NCBI GenBank assembly: GCA_013265495.1
Contig: MU057724.1
Coordinates: forward strand, 945,102-1,009,101
Direction of reading: 5' to 3'
Length of the DNA stretch: 64,000 bases
Source of the DNA: Vicugna vicugna
Taxonomy: Eukaryota
Part shown: positions 14,412 to 27,031 of the stretch, in pieces
Position numbering within the stretch: position 1 is the first letter of the stretch
How the letters are laid out: each line of letters opens with the position of its first letter
Notes under the pieces: model-generated
The model's database searches: none
What the model saw: only the letters and a program-made list of their open reading frames with translations
What the model was told of the DNA's origin: nothing
Made by a program: the position numbers and the translations under genes

Positions 14412-14788
14412 TGCCTTGGTCAGTTTGAGATGCTGTAACAAGTTAACTCAGGCCGGGTGGCTTAAACAAGAACCTCATTTCTCACGGTTCTGGGAGCTGG
14501 GAAGTTAGCGACCCAGGTGCTAGCGCAGTCAGGTTCTGGGTGAAGCCCTCTTCCCGGTTTACAGATGACCGCCCGTCATGTCCTCACGTGGGACGAGCAG
14601 ACGGAGGGAGGCAAGCTCCGCTGTCTGCTCTTGGCCACTCCTCTGGTAAGGGCGCCGGTCCTGTTCACGGGGCTCCTCTCTCAAGACCCAGCCGCCTCCC
14701 AGAAGCCCCGGCTCCTGAGACCATCGCATCGGCAGCGAGGATTTCAGCATCCGGGTCTGGGGGAGACACAGACGTTCGGTCCACAGCA
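14412..14788 (-). mobile_element. MaLR LTR (MLT1A-like)
   Basis: 'ggcttaaacaa...atttctcacggttctgg...gggagacacagacgttcggtccacagca'; TG/CA ends; ~377 bp. Confidence 0.85.
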
Positions 14789-14879
14789 GTTGCCTGCCTC
14801 TAACAGCGTGAGGATCACCCGGGAAACGTGATACAAGTGCGCACGCCTTGGCCGGAGGTGCCGATGGAGCAAAGCCTTG

Positions 14880-15305
14880 CTTCATGTCCACGTCGCCCGG
14901 CACACGTGCGTGCAAGCGCACCTGCCTCCCCTGACGCAGAAGCCCGCTTCCCGCGTGGGCGCGGCGCCTCTCCGGGTGCCTGGCTCAGCCGGAGCCGTGC
15001 GGGGCAGGGCCGCTGCCCCGCGGGGCGCTCCCCTCGCCTGCCTCCTCCCAGGCCGGCCCCGCGGCCCCCCTGCCTCCGCTGGGCCCCGGGCCGGCCAGGC
15101 CCTCGACCCGCAGTCCTCGCCCGGCCAGGCCGGCCGCCTCTCCCGCTGGGCCTCCCTCCGTCCCCTCAAAAGCCGCCGCCTCGGGGAGCGCTCTGCCGCC
15201 CGCGTTCCCTGCGGAGCCCCGGCCTCCGCCCTCGCCCGCGCCGCTCATGCTTGCAGCCCCGGGCCAGGCACAGCCGCGCCCACAGCCCGCGCCGGGCCGC
15301 GCCAG
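14880..15305. promoter_or_regulatory. CpG island (orphan)
   Basis: Dense CpG and very high GC; no associated CDS seen. Confidence 0.55.
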
Positions 15306-15706
15306 GGGAGGGAGGAAGGACAGGAAGGAAGGGAGGGAGGAAGGACGAACAGGAAGGAAGGAGGAAGGAAGAACAGGAAGGAAGGAGGAAGGAAGAACAG
15401 GAAGGAAGGGAGGAAGGGAGGGAGGAAGGAAGAACAGGAAGGAAGGGAGGAAGGAATAATGACATAAAAACGTTGGGCCGCGCCAGGGGAGGGAGGAAGG
15501 ACAGGAAGGAAGGAGGAAGGAAGAACAGGAAGGAAGGGAGGAAGGGAGGGAGGAAGGAAGAACAGGAAGGAAGGGAGGGAGGAAGAACAGGAAGGAAGGG
15601 AGGGAGGAAGGGAGGAAGGAAGGGAGGGAGGAAGGGAGGAAGGGAGGGAGGAAGGAAGAACAGGAAGGGAGGTAGAGAAGGGAGGGAGGGAAGAGGGGAA
15701 GGAGGA
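15306..15706. repeat. GGAA/GGAGG purine-rich tandem repeat
   Basis: Repeated 'ggaaggaagaacaggaaggaagggag' units. Confidence 0.95.
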
Positions 15707-18700
15707 ACATGACTGTAATGAACAGCCAATCCCCAAAAGTCATTCTGCATTTTAACATTCCTCACGTCCTTTTCCTTTTTCATTTTTTCCTCCTACTTTA
15801 ATCTAGCCTCTTAGTGGCTTAAACTCACAGAGCAAAACAATTGTTCAGACACAGGCCCCGCTGCTTTCTGTGCAGCAACACGTGAAGAGAAAAGGAAAGC
15901 CTCTCCCTCTCAACAGCCGCAGCTTTAGTTTAGAGTTGAGCCTCTTGCCCCAGGATACGGCGCAGAACTGGTGTCTTTCCTGATTTAAATCCCTTCTGAA
16001 TGTGGCCTCTGTTGAGGGTTTGGTGCGGCTTGAGAGTTCATTTCGACCTGGTGGATTCAGATAAAGTGAAATTTAATTAAACTAAAAATCCGAGGGTCCT
16101 TGTCCCCGGGTGACACACAGGAAATCTATATCCATGACCGTGGATTCACTTTCAAGATCTTCTTGCCTTGGGCAGTGACACCCATTGTACCACCAACAAA
16201 GTAACCCGATTCTTGGCTTTTCCAAGTCAGGAAAGCCTCACGATGTCACGGAAGCTGCCCTGGGTGGGAAACTGAAGCCGGGGGCGTGGGGCTGAGACCG
16301 GACGTCTGCACAGGGGTTCCTACATGTCACCGCCTGAGTTTCTAGGATGGGGGCAAAACACCATTTACCCCATGGGGCTTTTATAATGATCTAACTAGTC
16401 ATTGTGTGAAAAGCATTTAGGAAGTGCTCACTAAATGTCACTTACTACAACCTCACGCAGAAGCGTGACTCTACATCTGACTCCAGCCATGTTTATTTTA
16501 AGGTTTCCCTAATTACTCTTACACAGCATTAATCTTTCTTTCATTTTGTTGTTACTCATTGTACTGCTTCAATCTCCACATTAAATAGTAAGTATTATTG
16601 TGATTATAATTGTAATGTCCTAATTACATGTTAAGTCATGGCTTTCTGTGAGTCCCCTAAAGCCTTTTAATTAAATAAGTCATAACGCCAATTAGACCTG
16701 TTGATTACAACATGTATTCATTGTCAGTTTCATTCTTGATACACATTTGCATTAAACTACAGAGTCTTTTAAAACTCTAGCTGGGGGTGTTACCCCATCC
16801 AGCTTGACTCCTTGCCACCATGCGATCGTCGGCGCCGGGGAACTTGCTGTCTTATGATTTTATCCTTCTCAGGTAAGGCGAGCATTCATCAAAAAGGCAA
16901 AAATGACCCGGAAGATAAACAACAGGAAAGATCTTCCAAATGAATATTCCCTAGAGAAATATTAATTTAAGGAGATAAATAAGACATAAAATAATATTAA
17001 AATGATTCTAGCTTATATAGACAGCCATCTTAAACTATTTTTGTGTGTGTCAATTGTCTAATATTTCTATAAAATATTTTCGTTTTTCAGTGCCATTAGG
17101 TACCAAACTCAGGACTTTTTCAGGAAACTTGCTAAGAGACTCCTGAGGGAACTCGGAAGGGTGTCTGTCCTCACCCCGAGAGCGCGGCCCCCCGCAGCGG
17201 AGAGCGCGAGCTGGCGCTTTTGGCTGAAGCCAGCTTCCAGCCCAGCTACACACAGTCGGACCTTGTTCTGACGTCTCTAGCGGACACAGCCCTTAGAGCA
17301 TGGTCTCATTTACTGACCTTAATCACAGTGCACACACCCTCAGCCTCTGTCCTCCCTATCTGGTTTTCACTCTTTTAAGCTATTTTAAAATGCTTCTTTC
17401 TTTAGACTGAAAAACGTATTTCAGAGTAGGCTTCCTTTTCTTTCTTTCTTTTTTTTTTTTGTCTTTTCCAAATTAGCAGAAAGGATATGGACAGTGTCCT
17501 CGGAACCCCAGCATCAGCACTCACTAGGCAGGCGGTGCTGGTCCCCTGGCCGGCTTCTCCCTCCTCCCTCCCCTCCACTCCAAGACGAGGAGAATTCTCT
17601 CCGCCTTCCAAACACGTTGCAGACGTGTTCCAAACAGAATATGGCGTGAAACTATCATGATTATTATTTTTTACTGTCAACTTCCACCCAGTTGCGGTCA
17701 CCTGCTAGCGTCTAAGGGGTGATCATCAGTGCTTGGTAGTCACGCAGTGAGTGACCGCTGCTTGGATATTATTGGATGTCACTACAATACGCCTAAAGAT
17801 ACTTTGAAATTCTGTAATTTGGTGCATTACTTTTATGTTGAATTGTCTTAGGTCAGTGTCGCTGTCGTGTAAGTCATAACCACAGGAACAGCACCTTGGA
17901 CTTCTCCTTGTGTGTGTCCGCCTGTTTCCAGCTCAGTTCAGCGGACGTTCACTGGGGAGCAGCTGTGTCCCAGAACTCCTCTGATGACACCGTGAGCCCG
18001 GTGAAGAGTAAACTCTGAGGGGATGAGAGAAAAGTGGGAGAAAAATAGGCAAGGAGAACTTCTTTCAATTCCATACAGTAAACACAATGATAGAGGACAA
18101 ACAGGGGACAGTAAGGACCCCGAGGGAAGCACCCTCAGGCGTAGCCAGGTCGGGGAGGAGGAGAAGGCGGCTGCAAGGGGGACCCTGGAGGTGAGGCCTG
18201 TCTGGAGATTTACAGCAGCCTGCTTCCCTGGGGGGTTTGGGAAGGACCCGCTGGGGGGTTCAGAGGCGGGTGCCATAGACCTGGGGCTCTGAAAGGTCTA
18301 GTCTCACACCAACAAAAGAATGAGCAAATGTCTTACTGCGCTGCAGCTCGCTCTTCTGGGCTGAGCAGCTGTAGATGCCTCGTATTGTTGCTATTGATCA
18401 AACTGTAATTGTTTAATCCAGGAGAACAAGCTGAGGTCTGGTGAGATATTTGGGTCATTCTGTTGTTGGTGTGAGAATTACAGGCAGGCCCCGCGCCCGG
18501 GGACCACTGTTAAACCAGCAACTTACCACACGGAGTGAGAATCACCTCTGGCGGGTGAGAGCTCCCTTCTTTCCAGTCCGTGCTGTGGAGGTTTTCGGAT
18601 CAGCTCCACGGAGCGCACAGAACACCTGGAGAACAGACCTGACAGCAGGCAAGGAGCAGGTGGATGGCACGAGAAGCCAGTGGTGACTGGTACCTCGCGC

Positions 18701-20429
18701 GACAGGCCAGGCACAGGACAGATACTTGAAGACTCCAGAGAGAACCGGGAAGTGGAGAGCGCGATAAGGACCAGGTCCTCCATGCGCACAGCTGTGCGCG
18801 CACGATGGCCTTGAAGCCCACGGGATTTTCATCTTCCGCCCTTTCCTTCTTCCCACACCTACTATCACATCCAGAATTCAAACACTTGTGCCCAGGAGAC
18901 GCTCACGTGGTGGTGCGCTTGCTAATAGGTGGCGTTCACTCACTTCTCTAAACGTTTCTGCTGTTCCTGTATGGAAGTCCCATGGACTTACCTTGTAGGA
19001 TACTAACGTCTGCTGAGAAGAGTGACAAGTTGTGCTGAATGCTAACCTGCAGAAATGCAATTCACACACATCATTTCTTGGCAGCCTGTAACTCCAGACA
19101 ATACAATCACCTTGAGGCTGTTCAGTAGAGAATGCGAACAAAGGAGAATCCCAGGCAGACTCAGGAGCTCTTGTTAGTGAAGGAGCTATATTGGGACAAA
19201 GCAAATGGAGAGATACCTTTTCTTTAAAAAAAAGCCTTTTATTAAGGTGTATGTTCTGCTCTCTAGTCCTCTCAATAAAGGCTTTTATTTAAAGGTGGGG
19301 GGAGAAAAATTACACATAACAGTCAATGACTTTAATTCTCAAGGAAAGTCTAGAGATTGGACTAAATCTTATTTTTTCCCCCAAATAGTCTGATAGACCC
19401 CTTCTAACATATGCAATTTTAAGAAGCATTGGTGCTGTAAGTCAAATCGATGTATTAATTTTAAAAATAGGCTCTTTAGCAAGATAGTAATGAGTTTCCA
19501 GGACAGAGCTCAGCAGACCCCGTTTCTGGGTGTGGACCCGAGCAGAGATGTGGGGTGGGGCTCAGTTTTCAGTATTTTAAAATCTTGGCGTGAGTGTCCC
19601 TTGCTTTCCTTAGTGGCTGGTGTTACCCACCCTTGTCACCACTGAGCGGCAGTCCGCCCAGGAAGTCCCTGCCCCCCCGCCCCCACACATCCAGGTGTGG
19701 GGTGGCCCCTCCTCCGCACCAGGCGGGCACGTGTGTCCCACCGCCATGCCCGGGGGCCCTCCCCGTGACGCCAGATCAGTAGTTCACCTGATGAAGGGTT
19801 CGGAGCCACAGTGATACACAGAGTAACCAAACCCACAGTGACTGGCGTGTGAGAGGCCCTCAGTGCCACAGACCCTGGAAAGGCGGGCGGAGGGATGGGC
19901 ACGCGGCCCGCCCTAAGTCAGGGCCCCCAGGCAGACGAGAACATGCTCACCTGAGGGGAACTGGGGCTGAGTCAGGCAGGGTCAGGGAGGCGCGACACAG
20001 CTCTGTCAGTGTCTAAAAGGGGACGTGCATCCGGCACCGCACGGCGCTGCTCTGCCTCGGAGCTCTGGCCGCAAAGCGGAGGGCCCACCTTCAGCCCAAG
20101 GTGAGTTTTGCCCCTAGTTTCCGTGCCACTTAAAACAGGAGGTTGTGGCAGGTGCAACGCCCAGAATACTGTCCTCTGACCAAGAAAGGACATTTGTTGT
20201 TTTGTCTCAACTTGCTTCTTAATTTTCCTCTGTACTGTACACATGTGTTTTACTTTTAGTTAAAATATTACCTTTATTTTAGAATCCCATGTGGCTTGAG
20301 AGAAACATATGGGTTTTAGAAGTTTTCAAGTAACTGCTTTGCACATGTCTCCTCGTGACTGTCCAGCCGGCGCGGCCACGAGCTTCCCGCCCTCAGGGCT
20401 CAGGAGAAGGGCCAGGCACTCGCCTCTCC

Positions 20430-20760
20430 TTCAGCCCTCAGTATTTTCATATTTCTTGTTTTAATATATTCTGTTAACCTGACAACATAGTTACTAATTT
20501 TTGCTTTTGTCATTTGTCTTTTAAAGAAATCTTTGAAAATGAGAAATTGTATTTGCCCATTTGTCTCCATTTTCAGCCTCTTCTTGTGAATCAAAGTCCC
20601 CATCTGGTGTCCTTTTCTTCTGTCTGGTGAACTTCCTTTCACATTTTCTTGCAACTCATGTTTGCTGACGAAGATCTTTCTTAGCTTTTACTCAGCTGGA
20701 AAAGTCTCTATTTTGCCTTCGTTGCTTTTCGATGGGATGCAGAATTCTCAGTGGACAACT
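20430..20760 (-). mobile_element. Old L1M fragment
   Basis: 'ttttcttctgtctggtgaacttcctttcacattttcttgcaa...aaagtctctattttgccttc' resembles antisense ancient L1. Confidence 0.6.
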
Positions 20761-20949
20761 GAAATAAGCAATACGTTTCTACTCGAGACTCAGGAACAGG
20801 ACATTTGTACCTAGAACCCAGGTCTCCAGCGTTGGAAATTCCTTCCTGGGGCTTGTGCGTTCTCCTTCGAAATAAAAGTCTTTGAAGAAATTCTCTAATT
20901 GAGACAATTTTATCACAACAGAAATGACAGTTTACTGATCATTCACTGA

Positions 20950-21640
20950 TGCAGCCTCCTTCTGTGTATAAACCCAAAGGAAATGAAAACAGGATGTCAA
21001 CGAGAACCCCCATGTCACTGCGGCATCATTCACTGTGCCCAAGGCAGGAAACTACCTACGTTTCCATCGGTGGATGAACTGAAACAGAAGATGTGAGCTC
21101 AGTCTCTCTCTCCATCCATCCATCCATCCATCCACACGCTGGAATATTACTCAGCCATTAGAAAGAACATCCTGCCATTTGTGACACCCTGGATGGACCT
21201 TGGGGACACTGTGCTAAGTGAGATGCACCAGAGACCAAAAGACAAACTCTATGGCACGACTAAAACGTGGAATTTATAAAAGCTGAACTTGCAGAAACAA
21301 AGAGTAGAGTGGTGGTTGGCAGGGGCTGGCGCGTGGGAGACGTGAGGAAATGCTGTGGAAGGGTACAAGCTTACAGCTCAAGGATAAACGCATCCTGGAG
21401 AGCAGTGTGCAGCAAGGTGGTTACGGCAGCAAGGCTGTATTACATACTTTAAATTCGCTGAGAGACTAGATCTTACATGTTTCCATCACAAAAAGAGTTA
21501 ATAATTATGTGCCCTGACGGAAGTGTTAGCTAGCGCTAAGGTAGCACTCATATTGTAATAAAAACGTGTATCAAATGAACACTTTGTACATCTTAAACAT
21601 GCATAGTGGTATACATTAATTGTATCTCAATTAAAAAAAA
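20950..21640 (+). mobile_element. L1MA-type 3' end with poly(A)
   Basis: 'ggaatattactcagccatt...tggatggaccttg...gctaagtga'; ends 'tgtatctcaattaaaaaaaa'. Confidence 0.9.
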
Positions 21641-22083
21641 TTCTAATTATAAGTAATTGCGTGTTTTCTCTAATTTGCAATGACTACTTATTCTCCTAGG
21701 ATCATGCCACACTTACTAATTAACTTACTAACAACTCAATTTTACTTTCCAATGTCGACTTCTATTTTTTACATACTAAAATATTTCACAGAAGTAGGTA
21801 CTTTTCTTAAAAGAGTACATTTTTTATGCCACCCAGAGAAAATGTAATAATTGTTGTTTAGCAATGGAACACTTGCTAAACACGTAAGTGTAACCATGGG
21901 AAAGTATGAGCATTTATTCTTAGAGAAATATAAATATAAATTATGGATTTTCATTTTTTCAAATTCCTTTGAATATTTAAAAAAATATTGAGCACTTTTA
22001 AAATCCCTGGACAGTTTTCGTATGTGTTTCATTTCTGAAATCTCATCAGGACACTTGCTGTCTCTGTTTTTAATCGACTAAAT

Positions 22084-22097
22084 CACGTGTTATAAAA
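22084..22097 (+). promoter_or_regulatory. E-box plus TATA box of the candidate secreted-peptide gene
   Basis: CACGTG at 22084-22089 and TATAAAA at 22091-22097, ~180 nt upstream of the ATG at 22279. Confidence 0.5.
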
Positions 22098-22539
22098 GCA
22101 GAGTGTTCAGAGTAGTCCGTGAACCAGAGGTCTCTTTCCTCTTGTTAGAAGTACTTAGAGGAAAGGGAACTTCTTTGGTTTTCTGGTTTTGCCTCATTTC
22201 TTTGTTTCCTCAGTGTTTTGACGTGTTGTGTTTCCTCAGTCCCCTTAATAGCTAAAAAAAGCTCAGCTTTCAAGAGCAATGGAACATGGAATTATCTTAA
22301 GCTTCGTGCTCTCAGCTGTTTGTCTTCTACAAGCGAACTTCGCTGGTTAGAGAAATACGAAAATCCGTCTCCGTACCCTCGCTTTTCCAGATCCAAACTG
22401 ATCAAACCCGGCTTCTTATACGCAAATCAATCTAACGTAGCACGTTATTTATTGTCAGAAATAGCGTGTGGCGCGGATTGGAATGCGGTCAGAGGACACG
22501 GTGGTCACGCGGCGTGAACCTGCGGCTGGGAGGGCCCGT

Positions 22540-22623
22540 GCGGGGCGCTGCAGGCGGGGCGCAGCAGGCGGGGCGCTGCAGGCGGGGCGCAGCAGGCGGG
22601 GCACTGGAGGCGGGGCGCTGGAG
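22540..22623. repeat. 14-bp GC-box minisatellite, 6 copies
   Basis: (GCGGGGCGC[T/A]GCAG)n seen directly. Confidence 0.9.
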
Positions 22624-24904
22624 GTAATGGAAGCGAACGCACTTCCGGGGTGATTTGCAGTAAAGACAAGACTGTCAACTCAGGTTTTAATAGAAAAGTA
22701 GGATTTTGTTTTCAAACATAAGACTCACTACTGTGTGGTCACAAGCTTTCATTCCCCCGGAGAGCGGTTTCATTTATTCTGACGCTGTCGCCTTTCCCCA
22801 CGTGGCCAGGGCCGCGTTTCCGGGACGCCGCGGTCCTGAGGGGCGAGGAGCAGGGCAGGGCGTGGCGGGAGCAGGACGGCTGTATGCACTTTAACGTTTG
22901 CTGTAGCATTCGACCTCCAGCTGTATGCAAGTGTTCACTTGATTAAAATTAATTTTACATACAAATTTCCTACTATTAGTGTATGATAAAACTACTGTGT
23001 ATCTAGTAACTGGAGAAAATAAATTATTCAGTGAATGGATATAATGTGTAATTTGATGAATATTTGAAAAAATAAAGTTAATTATAGAGTCGTACATCAT
23101 GATACCAAAATTAAAACTTACACACAAACAAAACTATGTAATACATTTAAGCAAGGATGCCATTTCTTTCCATAAAATACCTGAGGTTAAATGGGAGGAG
23201 GGGGAAATGGTAAATAGGATTAAATCTGTAGTTATTTTAATATCTATGTGTTACAAATAGATGACAAGTAAAATCAAAACTAAATAAAAACCTATAAAAA
23301 AGTACTTGAAAACTCTAAGACTGCAGTGAAATGAAGATCACCAGGCTTCTGAATGATGAACGTTTTCTAGAAAATCAATAATGCATATGTGAGGACAACT
23401 GGGCGATTTCTCTGAAAGCTAGCTTATGGGACAGTACATTCAATATTTGATAAGTATGTAGAAAAATGAATTTCTCTGGCAGAGTTGAAGTTGCAAATGC
23501 CAAAGTGAGGTCATTATAGAGTCTCTGTTGCTTATGGACGTGTAAACAATGCCTCGTTTTGATGAGCATTTTTAGGAGTTTGAGATTGTTTTCTATGAAG
23601 TACATGATAAATACACGAAATGTCTGAGCAGAATGCTGACCGTGTGAAGCACAGTAGGATCAGCACCGCGTCCCCGTCTCCCGGGCCTGTGCTCAGCACG
23701 GCGTTCTGGGTGCCCGGGAGGCCCTGTGAGGGCCGCCAGTCACCCCGCCCCTGCTTCTCCCCGGGCTGATCAGTGTCCTGAATTTTGTGTCATGACAGCC
23801 TCTCTTTTAAAAATAGTTCTACATCCAATATGTATATACACGTTACACAATTTACTGTATGTCACTGTACAGTAGATCGTTTTCTGTTTCCAACAACTTT
23901 TCAAAGGCTAAGCTTCCTCCTCTTTGACTTGCTAACTGTCTCTTCACGTAAAGGTTCTGAGACTAGTCCGTGTTGCTGCGTGTGGTTGCAGCCGGCTCCC
24001 CGCGAGCTGGACGCCACTCCGCAGCACTGTGGACACACAGGATGTACGTATGCCTCTTACTCCTTGCACACATTTGTATTTAGGTAGTTTTCTCTTTAAC
24101 GGTTCTATGAGCAGTTTTACAATTTGCCTTTAATGCCCCATGTGCAAAATAATCTCTAAGGTGTCTGTCGAAGAGCAAAGAGCTGGGCCATAAAGCTTCG
24201 CGGTCTCACTTTAGCGAGTCACGTCAAGCTGTTTTTGCGAAGCGGTGGCTGTGATTTACACTCTCATCAGCCATGGCATTGTCTCACATCCTCAGTCACG
24301 TGCACAGTAGTGAACCCCCGAGGGTCCAGAAACTTCTTTCTTGAGCTGTTTACAAACAGAATTTTAAACTACCTGCCCTGGAAAAGTTCTTTATCTGGAA
24401 ACAACGATCTTAACTTTGAAATTGGAACCAACTACACTGAACTTCGAACAAAAAAATGTGCATTTCATTCTTAGGTTGACCATGGAAAATGCACATCTCA
24501 TAAACCACTTATGGGGTCAACAATGGTTAAATCGATGATCAGATGTCGTAAAATTACGTTTTCCATCTGATATACAACAGTTGTGTGTTTGTTTCACCTT
24601 AGCTGGTGAAACACATGACTGACTGAGACCGCTTGGTACAGACACCCTGCACTGAGGTTGCGGGTTCTCTGGCACGTTTTAGTGACAGCTCACATGGTGT
24701 GCATTAGTCAGTACAACCGAAGCCCTCTCGGAGTACAAGGAAATGGTTTGTGCCTTTGTGGGCAAGATAGATTGCTCATGCCAAGCTTGAAATTTTTAAT
24801 TATGCGTGATTAAATGTAGCTCCCTCTTTGTAATTTGCATGTTCATACCCTTTCAGAATTAAAAGAATATAATTCTGTTTGAGATTTGCAATTGTTAACC
24901 ACTA

Positions 24905-25090
24905 TAAAAATAGATAAAAAACAAATTTCTTCTGCATAGCACAGAAAACTATATTTAATATCTTGTAATAACCTTTAATGAAAAAGAATATGAAAATGAA
25001 TAGATGTATATAAGTGCATGACTGGGGGGACATTGTGCTGTGCACCAGAAATTGACACACTGTAACTGCCTATATACTTCAATAAAAACT
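24905..25090 (+). mobile_element. Young L1 3' end
   Basis: 'tagcacagaaaactatatttaatatcttgtaataacc...ccagaaattgacacactgtaactg...aataaaaa'. Confidence 0.85.
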
Positions 25091-26789
25091 GTGAATGTAT
25101 ATTTATAGCAACAACCTAAGAATTACTGACAGGAGTAGAAAACCCAATGGAATACATGCACATTATACATTTAATAGGAAACGTTAGACTCTGCTGTTTA
25201 GAAAAATTAATATACAATGTACTTACATTAAAAGTAACTCCTCTGGTTCAAAATGTGCCTACTCCAATGACTATATTTTTCAGATATTACAGTGGAAATA
25301 CCAGGTAAATCTAATTTATAGTTTACAATGTGGTTAGGTAGATGGCTGCTTTTTTTTATGCTGACCTTTTATGATAGTCCATTCAATGCTATCAGTTACA
25401 GAATGTTTTCTGCAAAAACTCAGCCTCCCTAATGATTCTAAAATGTTGAAATTAGATCAGAATCAAAATTTTAAATTACATATTAAATGGTAATAGATAG
25501 ATATGATAGAATAGCATAAAAGACAACCAAAATGTTCAGAAAAATGAAATGTAAAATATTGACTCTCCTTTAAATTAGGATTTTAGATCAAATCCCCTCG
25601 TGTCTAATGCAATTCAGGGTACATTGCTGTTTAGAAATACATGTAGAGAAAGAAGTTGGAACACAAAAGAGAAATGAATGCCAGCCTCATGTTGACCAGG
25701 AAGCTGCCCACGTTCCCTAAATTTGGTTCCTGCTTCAAAAACCAGTGCTCTGCAGCATTTCTGGTAACTCACTGAGGAGGCAGCATTGTGCAAATTACCT
25801 GCCAGCTCCAGCCTCGGACTTGCACCAGCTCAGAAGGCCTCCCAGCACCTCCTTTATCCACAGCAAGGAGTGATACCCCAAGTCCGCTCAGCTCCCGAGG
25901 ATACGGCGAGGGTCACAGTGATTTGACCCTTTTTGTATTCAGATGTGTTTCTCCTGCTCGGAGATCATAAGATCATAACAATTGGGTCCACGTGGAGAAC
26001 AGGGTTCACTGTCCTGTGCGGGAGCTGAGGGTGTTGGCAACAGCCCCGCTGCCCAGTGGGGAGGAACGGTGGGGTTGCCGCGGCCGAGGTGGTGGGCAGC
26101 CTGGGAAGATGGGCTGGGAGGGTGTCGCCTGGACATGCGGTTCTGCTGTCAGTTACCAAAAGCTGTGTCTTAAGAATCGGGCCTTTCTCCTTGTTTTGCT
26201 GAGAACCTACTTAACACAGTGCAGATATAATGATTAGCGTGTGTCAGTGAGGGGGGTCTGTGAACTTGGATGAGAAAAAACAGCTGTCTTCACTTCCACT
26301 AACTTCTAGTTGAAATTTAGCAGTTTCTTTAATTGTTAATGTACATAAACACACAGTAGCATTGTACACACCAATAAAACCTACGCTTTTAAATATTTTA
26401 ATATTTACATACCATTGGTACTGGCCTCTCAAAATACTGTTTTGGGTATCACTTAGCCTTGCGGTATTTATTAAATTAAGTGGTCTTTATTAAGTCAGGG
26501 TGCTTATCAGATCCACGGCTGGATCTTATCTGGTTAATAAAGAAGCTCACGTGTAACCCTTTTCCAGTGTCACTTGCTTCTTTTGTGAGGGTCTGTGTTT
26601 TATTTTGTGTATTAAGTCATTCTTCTGAGAAGAGGTCAAAGGCACACAAAGGGAGCACAGGGCGGAGTTTAAGACCCTTCCTCGTGTGGGGCGGACGGAC
26701 AGCAGCAGCGTCTGAAGGCAGCCCCCTCCCTGGTCCGGCTTCCTGAGACTCCGGGCTCCCTGAGAAGAAACGGTAGTGGTTGTGACTGC

Positions 26790-27031
26790 TAGTCCCGGAC
26801 TCCTGATTCTTCCTCCTCTTCCCCCTTTGGTAGCACAAGTTTGCTCTCTACGTCTGGGAGCCTGCTTCCGCTTTGTAAATAAGTCACTTGTCTCATTTCT
26901 TTTCAGGTTCCACAGGTAAGTGACAGCATAGGATCTCTGTCTTTCTCTGTCTGACTTACTTCACCTAGTAGGATCAGCTCTAGGTCTATCCACGTTGCTG
27001 CAAATGGCATCTCATTCTCTTTTTATGGCTA
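26790..27031 (-). mobile_element. L1 3' fragment
   Basis: 'tgtctttctctgtctgacttacttcac...ctaggtctatccacgttgctgcaaatggca'. Confidence 0.85.

Noticed and set aside
14828..15783. Long ORFs of 160-294 aa on both strands
   Set aside because: Products of a CpG island plus GGAA repeat; low-complexity translations
22279..25304. Resemblance to the vitellogenin start (MRGIIL leader plus 21-nt exon 2)
   Set aside because: Downstream exons show no vitellogenin similarity
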